Below, piece by piece: positions 1-7,241 of a DNA stretch of 13,981 nucleotides; position 1 is the stretch's first letter; every line of letters begins with the position of its first letter. This stretch comes from a bacterium (GTDB lineage: Bacteria > Patescibacteriota > Minisyncoccia > Phycocordibacterales > SBAW01). The notes under the pieces were generated by a model. That model searched no databases and was not told where the DNA came from. It saw only the letters and a list, made by a program, of their open reading frames with translations. Location: NCBI GenBank assembly GCA_021813335.1, contig JAKALC010000011.1, positions 1 through 13,981 of the forward strand. The letters run 5' to 3'. The position numbers and the translations under genes were made by a program.

Positions 1-2
1 TG

Positions 3-737
3 GAGGCGAACTACCAGAAGCTGATCGCCGCGAGCCAGAAGACCGCGGCGCAGATCCGCTCGGAACTCTTCATGTTGCGCGATTCGGCGGCGATCCCGTT
101 CGGCGAAGCGCTCACCTATGCGCAGGCCGCAGAGAGGGCGACGGGCACCCGCGCCGCCGTCACGCTCGCGGTCCTGAAGCAGGAAACGAACCTCGGCGAG
201 AATCTCGGTACGGGCACGTGGCGGGTGGATATGAACCCCGTGCGCGACCAGCCGGTCTTCGTCTACATTATGCAGGCCTTGGGCCTCGACCCCGACAAGA
301 TGCCGGTGTCGAGGCGGCCGTCCTACGGCTGGGGCGGAGCGATGGGGCCGGGGCAGTTCATCCCTTCGACGTGGGTCTGCTACGGCGGATTCGTCAATAC
401 GCAGACCGGCACCTGCGCGCCGCAGGGCGGCTCCGGCGGCTCCTTCTGGCAGGGTCCCTGGCAGTACGTCGCGTCGAGCGACCGCGTGCGCAAGCTCCTC
501 GGAGCGTCCGTGCCGAGCAACCCCTGGAGCCCGCAGGTGGCGATTATGGCCACCGCGATGCTTATGGCCGACAACGGCGCGGCGGCGCAGACCTACTCGG
601 CCGAGCGCCTCGCGGCGCTCCGCTATTTCGCCGGCTGGGCGGGCGCGAACAATCCGGCCTTCGCCTTCTACGGAGACAGCGTGATGCAGTTCGCGGCCCA
701 GCTCCAAGGGGACATCAATCAGATCGCCGGCTCCTAG
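3..737 (+). CDS. Lytic murein transglycosylase-like protein (MltB/SLT_2 type), 5'-partial
   Basis: The frame is open from the window edge (no stop in 3-71, EANYQKLIAASQKTAAQIRSELF precedes the listed Met). It contains GAMGPGQFIPSTW, a motif characteristic of MltB-type lytic transglycosylases. The upstream part looks coiled-coil. Stop is TAG at 735-737. Confidence 0.7.
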   Translation, partial: EANYQKLIAASQKTAAQIRSELFMLRDSAAIPFGEALTYAQAAERATGTRAAVTLAVLKQETNLGENLGTGTWRVDMNPVRDQPVFVYIMQALGLDPDKMPVSRRPSYGWGGAMGPGQFIPSTWVCYGGFVNTQTGTCAPQGGSGGSFWQGPWQYVASSDRVRKLLGASVPSNPWSPQVAIMATAMLMADNGAAAQTYSAERLAALRYFAGWAGANNPAFAFYGDSVMQFAAQLQGDINQIAGS

Positions 738-749
738 GCGTTCGCGGAA

Positions 750-793
750 CCGCAGAAGGGCACCTTCCGCATGCGGAAGGTGCCCTTCTGCGG
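750..793. repeat. Perfect 44-bp palindrome (22-bp arms), REP/REPIN-like unit and probable transcript-end hairpin between convergent genes
   Basis: In ccgcagaagggcaccttccgca|tgcggaaggtgcccttctgcgg every position pairs. It is centred in the 67-nt gap between stop 735-737 (+) and stop 805-807 (-). There is no U-tract on either side. The 16-mer gcagaagggcaccttc recurs at 9365-9380, and its reverse complement recurs at 9590-9604 (15/16). Confidence 0.8.
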
Positions 794-804
794 CGTGAGC
801 CGCG

Positions 805-1332
805 CTACACCGGGCAGACCGGCGGCTTGTTGATGGCGCGCGCGAGGAATGCCGCCGAAAGGATGAGGAGAACCACCCCCGCGATGCCGACGCCCGTGCC
901 GAGGTACGGTACCGTCGCGAGGAGCCCCGTGCCGCCTACGGCGGCGAAAAGCGTAGTGAAGAACACCGAACCGCACGATACGCATCCGAAGCCGATGAGC
1001 GCGAAGAGCGAGCCCGCGATTCCGCCCGCCACGCTTCCCGCCGCGGGCGCGGCGCGATAGGTACGGAGGTAGAACGCGAGGAGAGAGACGTTCACGCCGA
1101 TGAGGAGCGCGGCGAGAGCCGTGTATCCCAGAGAAGACAGGGGAGCGTTCGTGATCGAAGAGACGAGGAGGCCGCCGACGAGGGAGAGCGCGAGCGAGTG
1201 GGAGAGCGACGGGTCGGCGAGGAAAAGGGAAGCGAGCGGGAGCGCGGGCAGCCAGACGGCGAGCAGGAATACGAGAATCGCCGTGACGCCGGCGAGGAGG
1301 AGATACGGCACTTTCGTAAAGACCTTCCGCAT
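805..1332 (-). CDS. Polytopic membrane protein with intramembrane CxxC (GFGCVSCGS), function unknown
   Basis: ORF 805-1434. The start was trimmed to the ATG at 1332 (MRKVFTKVPYLLLAGV...) because the 34 upstream codons are not membrane-like. About five hydrophobic segments are present. No family was recognised with certainty. Confidence 0.6.
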   Translation of the reverse strand: MRKVFTKVPYLLLAGVTAILVFLLAVWLPALPLASLFLADPSLSHSLALSLVGGLLVSSITNAPLSSLGYTALAALLIGVNVSLLAFYLRTYRAAPAAGSVAGGIAGSLFALIGFGCVSCGSVFFTTLFAAVGGTGLLATVPYLGTGVGIAGVVLLILSAAFLARAINKPPVCPV

Positions 1333-1443
1333 AGCGCGTTGTTCCCGCAGTATAGCCCGGAAACATTCCCCCACTTGAGAATGCGCATAGCTTCCGTGGC
1401 ATGGGAGATGTGTCAACTGGGTCCGAATACCCATTACGGGCTG

Positions 1444-1474
1444 TTGACAATTTTGTTTGTCTATTTATTATAAT
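1444..1474 (+). promoter_or_regulatory. Sigma70-like promoter for the secreted-protein gene
   Basis: TTGACA at 1444-1449 is followed by TATTAT at 1466-1471 (16-nt spacer), overlapping TATAAT at 1469-1474. The surrounding DNA is AT-rich. An AAGGAGG Shine-Dalgarno at 1517-1523 lies 5 nt before ATG 1529. Confidence 0.55.
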
Positions 1475-1528
1475 AATCGGTACACAGAGTTCCTTTTCAT
1501 TCACCGAACCGAACCAAAGGAGGACAGA

Positions 1529-2197
1529 ATGTTCAAGCTTCTAGCACTTATCGCTGCAGCATTCGTTTCGTTCGCAACCGCAGCTCTCGCCGAGGACTGT
1601 CCCGCAGCCGCCCTGCGGCCGGTTATCAAGCCCGGGGATTCTTGGACGTATAAGAAGATCGACGACTGGCGCGGCGTCGTGAAGGAGACGTTCACGATGA
1701 CCGTGTCCTCCGTTGGCGGCTCAGCGATCGAGCTCGTCCGAAAATCCGACGCGGTGCCGACGAGGACCATAACTGAAACCCTCGATCTAAACGGTCTCAC
1801 CGGCATTGCCTTGTCAGGCAACACCAGCATCCGCTGGACACCGGATAACAGGATGTTTGTCTTTCCACTCAAGGTCGGCACAACGTGGCAGTCGGATGTG
1901 CATTACGCGCGGGGCGACGGCATCACCGGGTCCATGTCGCTCGCGAACGCGGTCGTCGGCTGCGAGCGCATCGGGGGATTCGACGCTTTCAAAATTACGG
2001 CAAACGGATCATACTTTCCAGACGGCATGCAGGGAAATGGTTACATGATTCGGACCGTATGGTACGCTCCCGCAATCGGCGGCATCGTCAAGGAACACTT
2101 CGAGACCAGTTGGAACGGGACCCCCGGTGTACGGGTCACTACGGAACTCACGGGGTATACTTTCGCTGCAGTTCGCGCAGCGACAAGAAACAAGTAA
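1529..2197 (+). CDS. Secreted hypothetical protein (Sec signal peptide)
   Basis: ORF 1457-2197, trimmed to ATG 1529 behind a strong SD. The N-terminus MFKLLALIAAAFVSFATAALA|EDCP is a classic signal peptide with an AxA site. The body looks beta-rich and soluble. G+C is lower than in the core genes. Confidence 0.65.
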   Translation: MFKLLALIAAAFVSFATAALAEDCPAAALRPVIKPGDSWTYKKIDDWRGVVKETFTMTVSSVGGSAIELVRKSDAVPTRTITETLDLNGLTGIALSGNTSIRWTPDNRMFVFPLKVGTTWQSDVHYARGDGITGSMSLANAVVGCERIGGFDAFKITANGSYFPDGMQGNGYMIRTVWYAPAIGGIVKEHFETSWNGTPGVRVTTELTGYTFAAVRAATRNK

Positions 2198-2224
2198 TCC
2201 TCCAACAAAGGGCGTACAGCATTA

Positions 2225-2253
2225 AGCCGGACGGAAACGTCCGGCTCTTTCTT
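2225..2253 (+). terminator. Rho-independent terminator of 1529-2197
   Basis: A 9-bp stem agccggacg / cgtccggct with a GAAA tetraloop (2234-2237) is followed by ctttctt. The IS left end begins immediately after, at 2256. Confidence 0.7.
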
Positions 2254-2255
2254 AC

Positions 2256-3177
2256 GAGGCCATCTAAAAACTCATTTCCGGCATCGTGAAAGCTTTTTTG
2301 CATAGCAACGAATGAGTGCGACGGACACAAGCCCTTCATACTGCGCCCGGGTGTGCTCCCAGAGGTAATCGAGCCGTCGTTGCTGATCAAGGCATGCAAT
2401 GGAGCGCTCCACCTTCCAGCGACAGGGTGCATACCTGCGCTCAGCCCGATCATCCCAGAGGCGGGGTGGCTTGTGGCGATTGGCGAAGCCGCGATGATCA
2501 ACTGCGGATTTGATGCCTCGCCTGCGCAACTCGCTTCTGAACTCCGCGCTGTCATAGCCCTTGTCCGCCCGAAGCCGCTTCGGTCTGCGGCGTCGGGTGC
2601 CAACAACAAGCGCATCGATGGTCGGCAGCGCCGAATCAATGTCCGCCACGTTCGCTTTCGTGGTGAGTACGGCAAGCGGCAGACCGTTGCCGTCTATTAA
2701 AATGCTCCGTTTTAAGCCGTTTTTCTTCTTGAATCCCGAGTATCCAACCTGATCGTGACCCCCTTTTTATTCTGTCGAACAGAAGCATCGAGATACGCAT
2801 TCTGCCAGTTGATCTTGCGGCGGCGGTTCAGTTCCATGAGCAGAATGCCGGCCATGGCCGCCCATCGGCCTTCTCGGTGCCACGAAGTGAAGCGATACCA
2901 GCACGTTTTGCCGGAGCCATAGCGCTCGGGTGGGATATCCTCCCAGCGGCAGCCGGTGGAGAGGACATAGAGGATGCCGTTCATCGTTTTGCGGTCATCG
3001 GAACGAGGCCTGCCGGTTCGCGCGGGCACCGGCATAAGCGGAGCGAGGAGGGACCATTCCTTGTCTGAAAGGTCTGACGGGAGCGGTTTGAGAGAAGACA
3101 TGAGCAAAAGTGAGGCGGATAATGCCCCTGCTCCTTGGAACTATTTTAGCATGAAAAGAGAGTTTTTAGATGGCCTC
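2256..3177 (-). mobile_element. IS5-family insertion sequence (IS427/IS1031-like), apparently intact, 922 bp
   Basis: Perfect 18-bp terminal inverted repeats: gaggccatctaaaaactc (2256-2273) and gagtttttagatggcctc (3160-3177). They enclose a two-frame DDE transposase. No unambiguous target-site duplication was seen. Confidence 0.85.
2272..3107 (-). CDS. IS5-family DDE transposase made by -1 programmed frameshift (orfA 2712-3107 joined to orfB 2272-2763)
   Basis: orfA reads LSDKEWSLLAPLMP...GRPRSDDRKTMNGILYVLSTGCRWEDIPPERYGSGKTCWYRF (DUF4096-type N-terminus). The -1 frame opens at 2763 and reads GGHDQVGYSGFKKKNGLKRSILIDGNGLPLAVLTTKANVAD...DKGYDS, typical of IS5 DDE cores. The slippery run AAAAAG-GGGG (minus strand) lies at 2759-2768. 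Confidence 0.85.
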
Positions 3178-3779
3178 CGTAAAACCTTCCGGCGGCAAGG
3201 CTCTGGAATTTTGGTCGACAGCAAACTCAACTCCGTGTTTTGCGAGCACTATTCGCTCAATCTCGATAGCAACATAACTCGGATCAATATTTTGTGCGCT
3301 GAATCTGTCCTGTACAGCTTCTTGCACTGCACTTCGCTCTTCTGACCGAGATTCATGAGGCGTTAGGAGCAAGCCCAAGACGCGAGCTGCCTTCCATTGC
3401 CGTCGGCGTATCGATGTACTGCGTTGACCACAGCGGGCAGCATGTATCTCTCGTCGCTTTCATGCTTCATATGCCCAACGGCTTCGTAAGCCATCTTTAG
3501 CAACGGCTCTTTATCCTCGGGTCGCGGAACTTGCGCGTCTCCGACAAAGCCACCGATATATACTCGGTCGCCGTCGACGTTACGATTGCGGATCGGGATA
3601 TTTCTCGCGATCGCATTTATGCGATCGAGAAAATCTCGGAATTGGTCAAATGATATTTGTTGTACCTTTTCCGGGTGTTGTTGCAAATCATCAAAGAAAT
3701 CGTAAGCGCCCGATCTATTCAGAAATGCGTCTACTTTCGCTCCGCTAGCTTCGCGAACCGCTTCCGAACCCTGTCTCAT
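3166..3779 (-). pseudogene. Fic/DOC-family (AMPylase-type) gene, frameshifted and 3'-clipped by the IS
   Basis: ORF 3363-3779 ends ...AVVNAVHRYADGNGRQLASWACS*. HRYADGNGR fits the Fic motif HxFx(D/E)GNGRxxR. The expected continuation AARVLGLLLT... is in another frame (ORF 3166-3378), so a frameshift lies at about 3385-3392. The last three codons plus the stop of the second ORF lie inside the IS inverted repeat (3166-3177). Confidence 0.7.
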
Positions 3780-3877
3780 ATCTCAATCTTAGCAGATTTA
3801 CCTGCCACGAACTTAGACCCTCCGCAGCGCATCGTCGGGCTATGCGTCCGCATACCTCCGATACTAAATACTTCGGG

Positions 3878-3962
3878 CGGAGGAGGTGAGATTCGAACTC
3901 ACGGTGCCTTGCGGCACGCCTGTTTTCAAGACAGGTGCACTAGACCGCTATGCGACTCCTCC
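3878..3962 (-). tRNA. tRNA-Ser(UGA), type II with long variable arm
   Basis: The minus strand reads GGAGGAG TC GCA..TGC A CCTGT CTTGAAA ACAGG CGTGCCGCAAGGCACC GTGAG TTCGAAT CTCAC CTCCTCC G. All four arms pair and the anticodon is TGA. No CCA is encoded. Confidence 0.9.
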
Positions 3963-3967
3963 CGGAC

Positions 3968-4234
3968 TTACCGCGCCGATGATGAATGATTCGTCGGCGC
4001 GTGCTCGTGCGCGTCCTTGGGGCGGAACCAGATGAGGTAGATGATCTCGAGGATGCCGAGCGTGTTCACGACGAGGAGCGCGACGAACCACCATTTCTGG
4101 CTTCCGCGCGCGGCGTACCAGAGCGAGAATCCCTTGAGGACGACGGTCCAGAGGAGCGCGACGAGGATGAGCGGCACGAAGATGCTGCCGGGGCCGGCGG
4201 CGAGCGGCGAGTAGAACAGGGAATAAGCGTGCAT
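3968..4234 (-). CDS. Small two-TM membrane protein (resembles the DUF5652-type small proteins common in CPR genomes)
   Basis: ORF 3968-4252, with an alternative ATG at 4234 (MHAYSLFY...). The segment LLWTVVLKGFSLWYAARGSQKWWFVALLVVNTLGILEIIYLIW matches my recollection of the W-K-x-x-A-L-W-x-A-A-R...NTLGILxIIYL signature. Confidence 0.6.
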   Translation of the reverse strand: MHAYSLFYSPLAAGPGSIFVPLILVALLWTVVLKGFSLWYAARGSQKWWFVALLVVNTLGILEIIYLIWFRPKDAHEHAPTNHSSSAR

Positions 4235-4263
4235 ATGCGCCGAGCATACCATACACTTGCCCT

Positions 4264-4671
4264 ATGCGGTATCTCGGCGTCGACTTCGGCACGAAGAAAG
4301 TCGGCCTCGCGCTCTCCGACGAGGCGGGCATGATGGGTTTCCCGCATAAAGTCGTGCCCGCCTCGCCGCGGCTTGCCGGCGAGCTCTGCGCGCTCATCGC
4401 CGCGGAGAACATCGGCGCGGTCGTCATCGGGGAATCGAGGAACCTCGCGGGCGGCGATAATCCGATCGCCGCCGCCGCCCGCGCGCTCGGCGACGACCTC
4501 GCCCTGCGCGCGGGCGTGCCGGTCTTCTACGAGCCGGAAGCGTTTACGACCGCGCAGGCGCGGCGCGCGCCGAGCAAGGAAGGGAAAACGCGCGCGCCGA
4601 AAGGGAGCGCTCCCGTCGACGCCTCGGCCGCGGCCCTTATCCTGACAAGCTATCTTTCCCGTCATTCATAA
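4264..4671 (+). CDS. ruvX: Holliday-junction-resolvase-like / pre-16S rRNA nuclease YqgF (RuvX)
   Basis: The N-terminus MRYLGVDFGTKKVGLALSDE is the canonical YqgF start (LGxDxGxKRxGxAxSD). Size (135 aa) and the internal VVIGES segment also fit. Confidence 0.8.
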   Translation: MRYLGVDFGTKKVGLALSDEAGMMGFPHKVVPASPRLAGELCALIAAENIGAVVIGESRNLAGGDNPIAAAARALGDDLALRAGVPVFYEPEAFTTAQARRAPSKEGKTRAPKGSAPVDASAAALILTSYLSRHS

Positions 4672-5012
4672 TGAATAAACCCCGCATTTCCCTCGACGAG
4701 TTCTCGAAGATAGACGTGTCCGTCGGCACGGTCAGAAGCGCCGAGCGCGTGCCGGACACCGACAAGCTCCTGCGGCTCCTCGTTGATTTCGGGGAAGAGG
4801 CCGGTCCGCGGCAGATCATTTCGGGCATCGCCGCGTACGTGCCGGAACCCGAAACGCTCGTCGGCCGCCAGCTCGCATTCGTGACGAACCTCGAGCCGCG
4901 CGCGATACGCGGACTCGAATCGAACGGAATGCTCTTCGCCGTCGGATCGGGAGAGGCCTTCGCGTTTCTTTCGCCCGACCGCGCCGTGCCGCCCGGCACC
5001 GCCGCGCATTAG
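4671..5012 (+). CDS. tRNA-binding domain protein (CsaA/Trbp111-like)
   Basis: FSKIDVSVGTVRSAERVPDTDKLLRLLVDFGEE..RQIISGIAAYVPEPETLVGRQLAFVTNLEPRAIRGLESNGMLFA matches the EMAP/CsaA OB-fold pattern. The start overlaps the ruvX stop (TAATG). Confidence 0.75.
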   Translation: MNKPRISLDEFSKIDVSVGTVRSAERVPDTDKLLRLLVDFGEEAGPRQIISGIAAYVPEPETLVGRQLAFVTNLEPRAIRGLESNGMLFAVGSGEAFAFLSPDRAVPPGTAAH

Positions 5013-5042
5013 CGCCCCCGCGCTGCGGTATACTTCCCGCAT

Positions 5043-6140
5043 ATGTCCTTCGCGTTCGGCGAGCGATTGCGTGCCGCGTTTGCGCCCCCGCGCTATCTCG
5101 CGCTTCCCCTGTCGGGCATCGACCTTTCGACAAGCGGCGTCAAGACCGTGCGTCTCGCCGAAAGCGCCCACGGCCTCATCCTCGCCGGATACGCGCAGGT
5201 GTGGCTGCCCTCCGGCGCGTTTTCCGACGGCGAGATCGTCGACCGCAAAGCGGTCGTCGCCGCGCTCGCGGAGGCCGCGAGAATTTCCGGCATCTTCACC
5301 GCGAACGCCGCCCTTCCGGAATCAAAGTCGTACCTCTTCGAGACCGCGGCGCCGGGCGCCGGGAAGGACGCCTGGCGCCTTTCGGTCGAACAGCATCTCG
5401 ACGAATTCGTGCCGCTCGCGCCGCCCGAGACCGCGTTCGACATCGTCGGGGTAGGGAAGAACGCGGCAGGCGACACGCTCCTCGCGGGCATCGGGTTCGC
5501 GCGGCGCATCGTCGACGACACGGTTTCCGCCTATGACGAAGCCGGCATCCGCGTGCGGGCGCTTGAGGGCGAGACCTTCGCGATGGCGCGCGCGCTTTTG
5601 CCGCGCGGGGACGATTCCACCGTCCTCATCATCGACGTCGGCAAGACGACGACGAAAATCGCCGTCGTCGCGAAGCGCGTTCCGCGCTTCGCGACGACCA
5701 TCGGCATCGGCGGCCATGCGCTCACGCTCGCGGTGCAGAAGCACTTCGGCGTGAGTGAAGCCGAGGCCCGCACGGTGAAAGCCGAACGCGGCATCGTGCC
5801 GAGCGCCGGCAACGAGGATTACCTTGCGGCCATGCTGTCGACCGTGTCCGCCATCCGCGACGAGATTTCCCGCCGCCTCGAGTACTGGCAGAGCAAAGCC
5901 GCGCTCTCCTCGGAGCATGAGCCGGTATCGCGCGCCATCCTCGCGGGCGGCAACGCCTCGGTGCGCGGGCTCCCCGAGTACCTCGAGGGAGCGTTCAAGG
6001 TCCCCGTCGCTACGGGCGACGTCTTCACGAACCTCGCGCCGCGCGATACCTGGCTCCCGTCCCTCGACTACACCGAGTCGCTCGCGTACGCGACGGCCAT
6101 CGGCCTCGCGCTCTACGACGACACCCAACCGTATGTATAA
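5043..6140 (+). CDS. pilM: Type IV pilus assembly ATPase-fold protein PilM
   Basis: Actin-like fold signatures are present: GIDLSTSGVKTVRL, LIIDVGKTTTKIAVV and IGIGGHALTLAVQKHFGVSEAEARTVKAERG. It is followed by pilN and pilO. Confidence 0.8.
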   Translation: MSFAFGERLRAAFAPPRYLALPLSGIDLSTSGVKTVRLAESAHGLILAGYAQVWLPSGAFSDGEIVDRKAVVAALAEAARISGIFTANAALPESKSYLFETAAPGAGKDAWRLSVEQHLDEFVPLAPPETAFDIVGVGKNAAGDTLLAGIGFARRIVDDTVSAYDEAGIRVRALEGETFAMARALLPRGDDSTVLIIDVGKTTTKIAVVAKRVPRFATTIGIGGHALTLAVQKHFGVSEAEARTVKAERGIVPSAGNEDYLAAMLSTVSAIRDEISRRLEYWQSKAALSSEHEPVSRAILAGGNASVRGLPEYLEGAFKVPVATGDVFTNLAPRDTWLPSLDYTESLAYATAIGLALYDDTQPYV

Positions 6141-6687
6141 CGAGCGCACCAATCTCCTGCCCGCGAGCCGCCAGCGCGCCGTTCTCCGCAATTATTTCCT
6201 GCGCCTCGGCGTCGTCACGGCCGTGCTTGTCGCCGCCCTTCTCTTCGCGGCCGCGGCGCTCCTCCTCCCGACCTACGTGTACCTATCGGCGAGCGAAAAG
6301 GCGAAGCAAGCGCATCTCGCGAGCATCGAATCCGCCCTTTCCTCCGCCGACGAATCCGCCCTTTCCTCGCGCCTCATCGCGCTCTCGAACGATGCAGCCG
6401 TCCTTACGGCGCTCCAGGATGCGCCGTCCGCGAGCGCGACGGTCCGCGCCCTCCTGGGCATCCTCCGTCCCGGCGTAACGCTCTCGAGCATCACGTATGC
6501 GTCGCCTTCCGGCGCGGCGCGGGGAACGCTCGCGGTCTCCGGGATCGCGGCGACGCGCGATGCGCTGCGCAGTTATCAGCTCGCGCTCCAGAACGCCCCG
6601 TTCGCCGCGAATGCGGACTTGCCGGTTTCCGCATACGCGAAAGACAGCGATATTCCTTTCACGATCACCGTAACGCTCGCGCCATGA
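6133..6687 (+). CDS. pilN: Type IV pilus assembly protein PilN
   Basis: The real start is MYNERTNLLPASRQR (the NLLP motif typical of PilN) followed by one TM segment. It overlaps the pilM stop by 8 nt. The long upstream part of ORF 5824-6687 is out of frame with pilM and was rejected. Confidence 0.7.
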   Translation: MYNERTNLLPASRQRAVLRNYFLRLGVVTAVLVAALLFAAAALLLPTYVYLSASEKAKQAHLASIESALSSADESALSSRLIALSNDAAVLTALQDAPSASATVRALLGILRPGVTLSSITYASPSGAARGTLAVSGIAATRDALRSYQLALQNAPFAANADLPVSAYAKDSDIPFTITVTLAP

Positions 6688-7241
6688 AATCCCCCCTCTC
6701 CCACCTGCTCGCCGCGCTCGCCGTATGCGCCGTCATCCTCGCCGGCTACGGGGCGGCGTATGCCGCCGTCGCCGCGGAAAGCGCCTCCGTCGCGGCGCTC
6801 GAGAGCCAGATCGGCGCGGCGACGGCGACGGCGAACCGCATCGCCTCCGCGCGCGCGGCGCTCGCCGAGATCGCGGGCGACGAGGCCGCCGTGCAGGCGT
6901 ACTTCGTTCCCGAGTCCGCCATCGTCGCGTTCATTAACGCCCTCGAGGAGCGCGGCCGCGCGCAAGGGGCCAGCGTGAGCGTCGCGTCCGTTTCGGCGCA
7001 GACCGTGAAGGCGCATCCCATGCTCGCGCTCGCGCTCACCGTGACGGGCACCTTCGGCGCGGTGATGCGCACGGTCGGCTCCGTCGAGTATGCGCCGTAT
7101 GATCTCGCCATCTCGACGCTCTCCGTCGGGCAGGACGCGAAGAGCGGCTGGCGCGCCGATCTGACGCTCTCCGTCGGTTCGGCGCTGTCCGCCGCGACGA
7201 CGACGCTCGCGGCGCCGGGAGCCGTAGCGCCCGCCCGCTGA
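6684..7241 (+). CDS. pilO: PilO-like pilus assembly protein
   Basis: The call rests on position after pilN with an ATGA overlap, an N-terminal TM (LLAALAVCAVILAGYGAAYAAV), a coiled-coil-like segment and then a compact C-terminal domain. Sequence motifs are weak, so this is mainly a synteny and architecture call. Confidence 0.55.
   Translation: MKSPLSHLLAALAVCAVILAGYGAAYAAVAAESASVAALESQIGAATATANRIASARAALAEIAGDEAAVQAYFVPESAIVAFINALEERGRAQGASVSVASVSAQTVKAHPMLALALTVTGTFGAVMRTVGSVEYAPYDLAISTLSVGQDAKSGWRADLTLSVGSALSAATTTLAAPGAVAPAR

Noticed and set aside
1380-1530. A direct repeat of the tRNA-Ser 3' half (attL/attR-type) at the far end of the low-GC island.
   Set aside because: No match longer than a few nucleotides to ggtgagattcgaactcac or its complement was seen by eye in this region. 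The island boundary therefore remains an inference from composition only.
2250-3183. A target-site duplication flanking the IS (for example TTAC/GTAA or TA).
   Set aside because: The flanks ...cttac and cgtaa... are inverted rather than direct copies. No 2-4-bp direct repeat could be assigned without shifting the perfect IR boundaries, so this is left unresolved.
3657-3989. ORF 3657-3989 (+), 110 aa.
   Set aside because: It is antisense to the Fic N-terminus and crosses the tRNA-Ser gene. It has no motifs.
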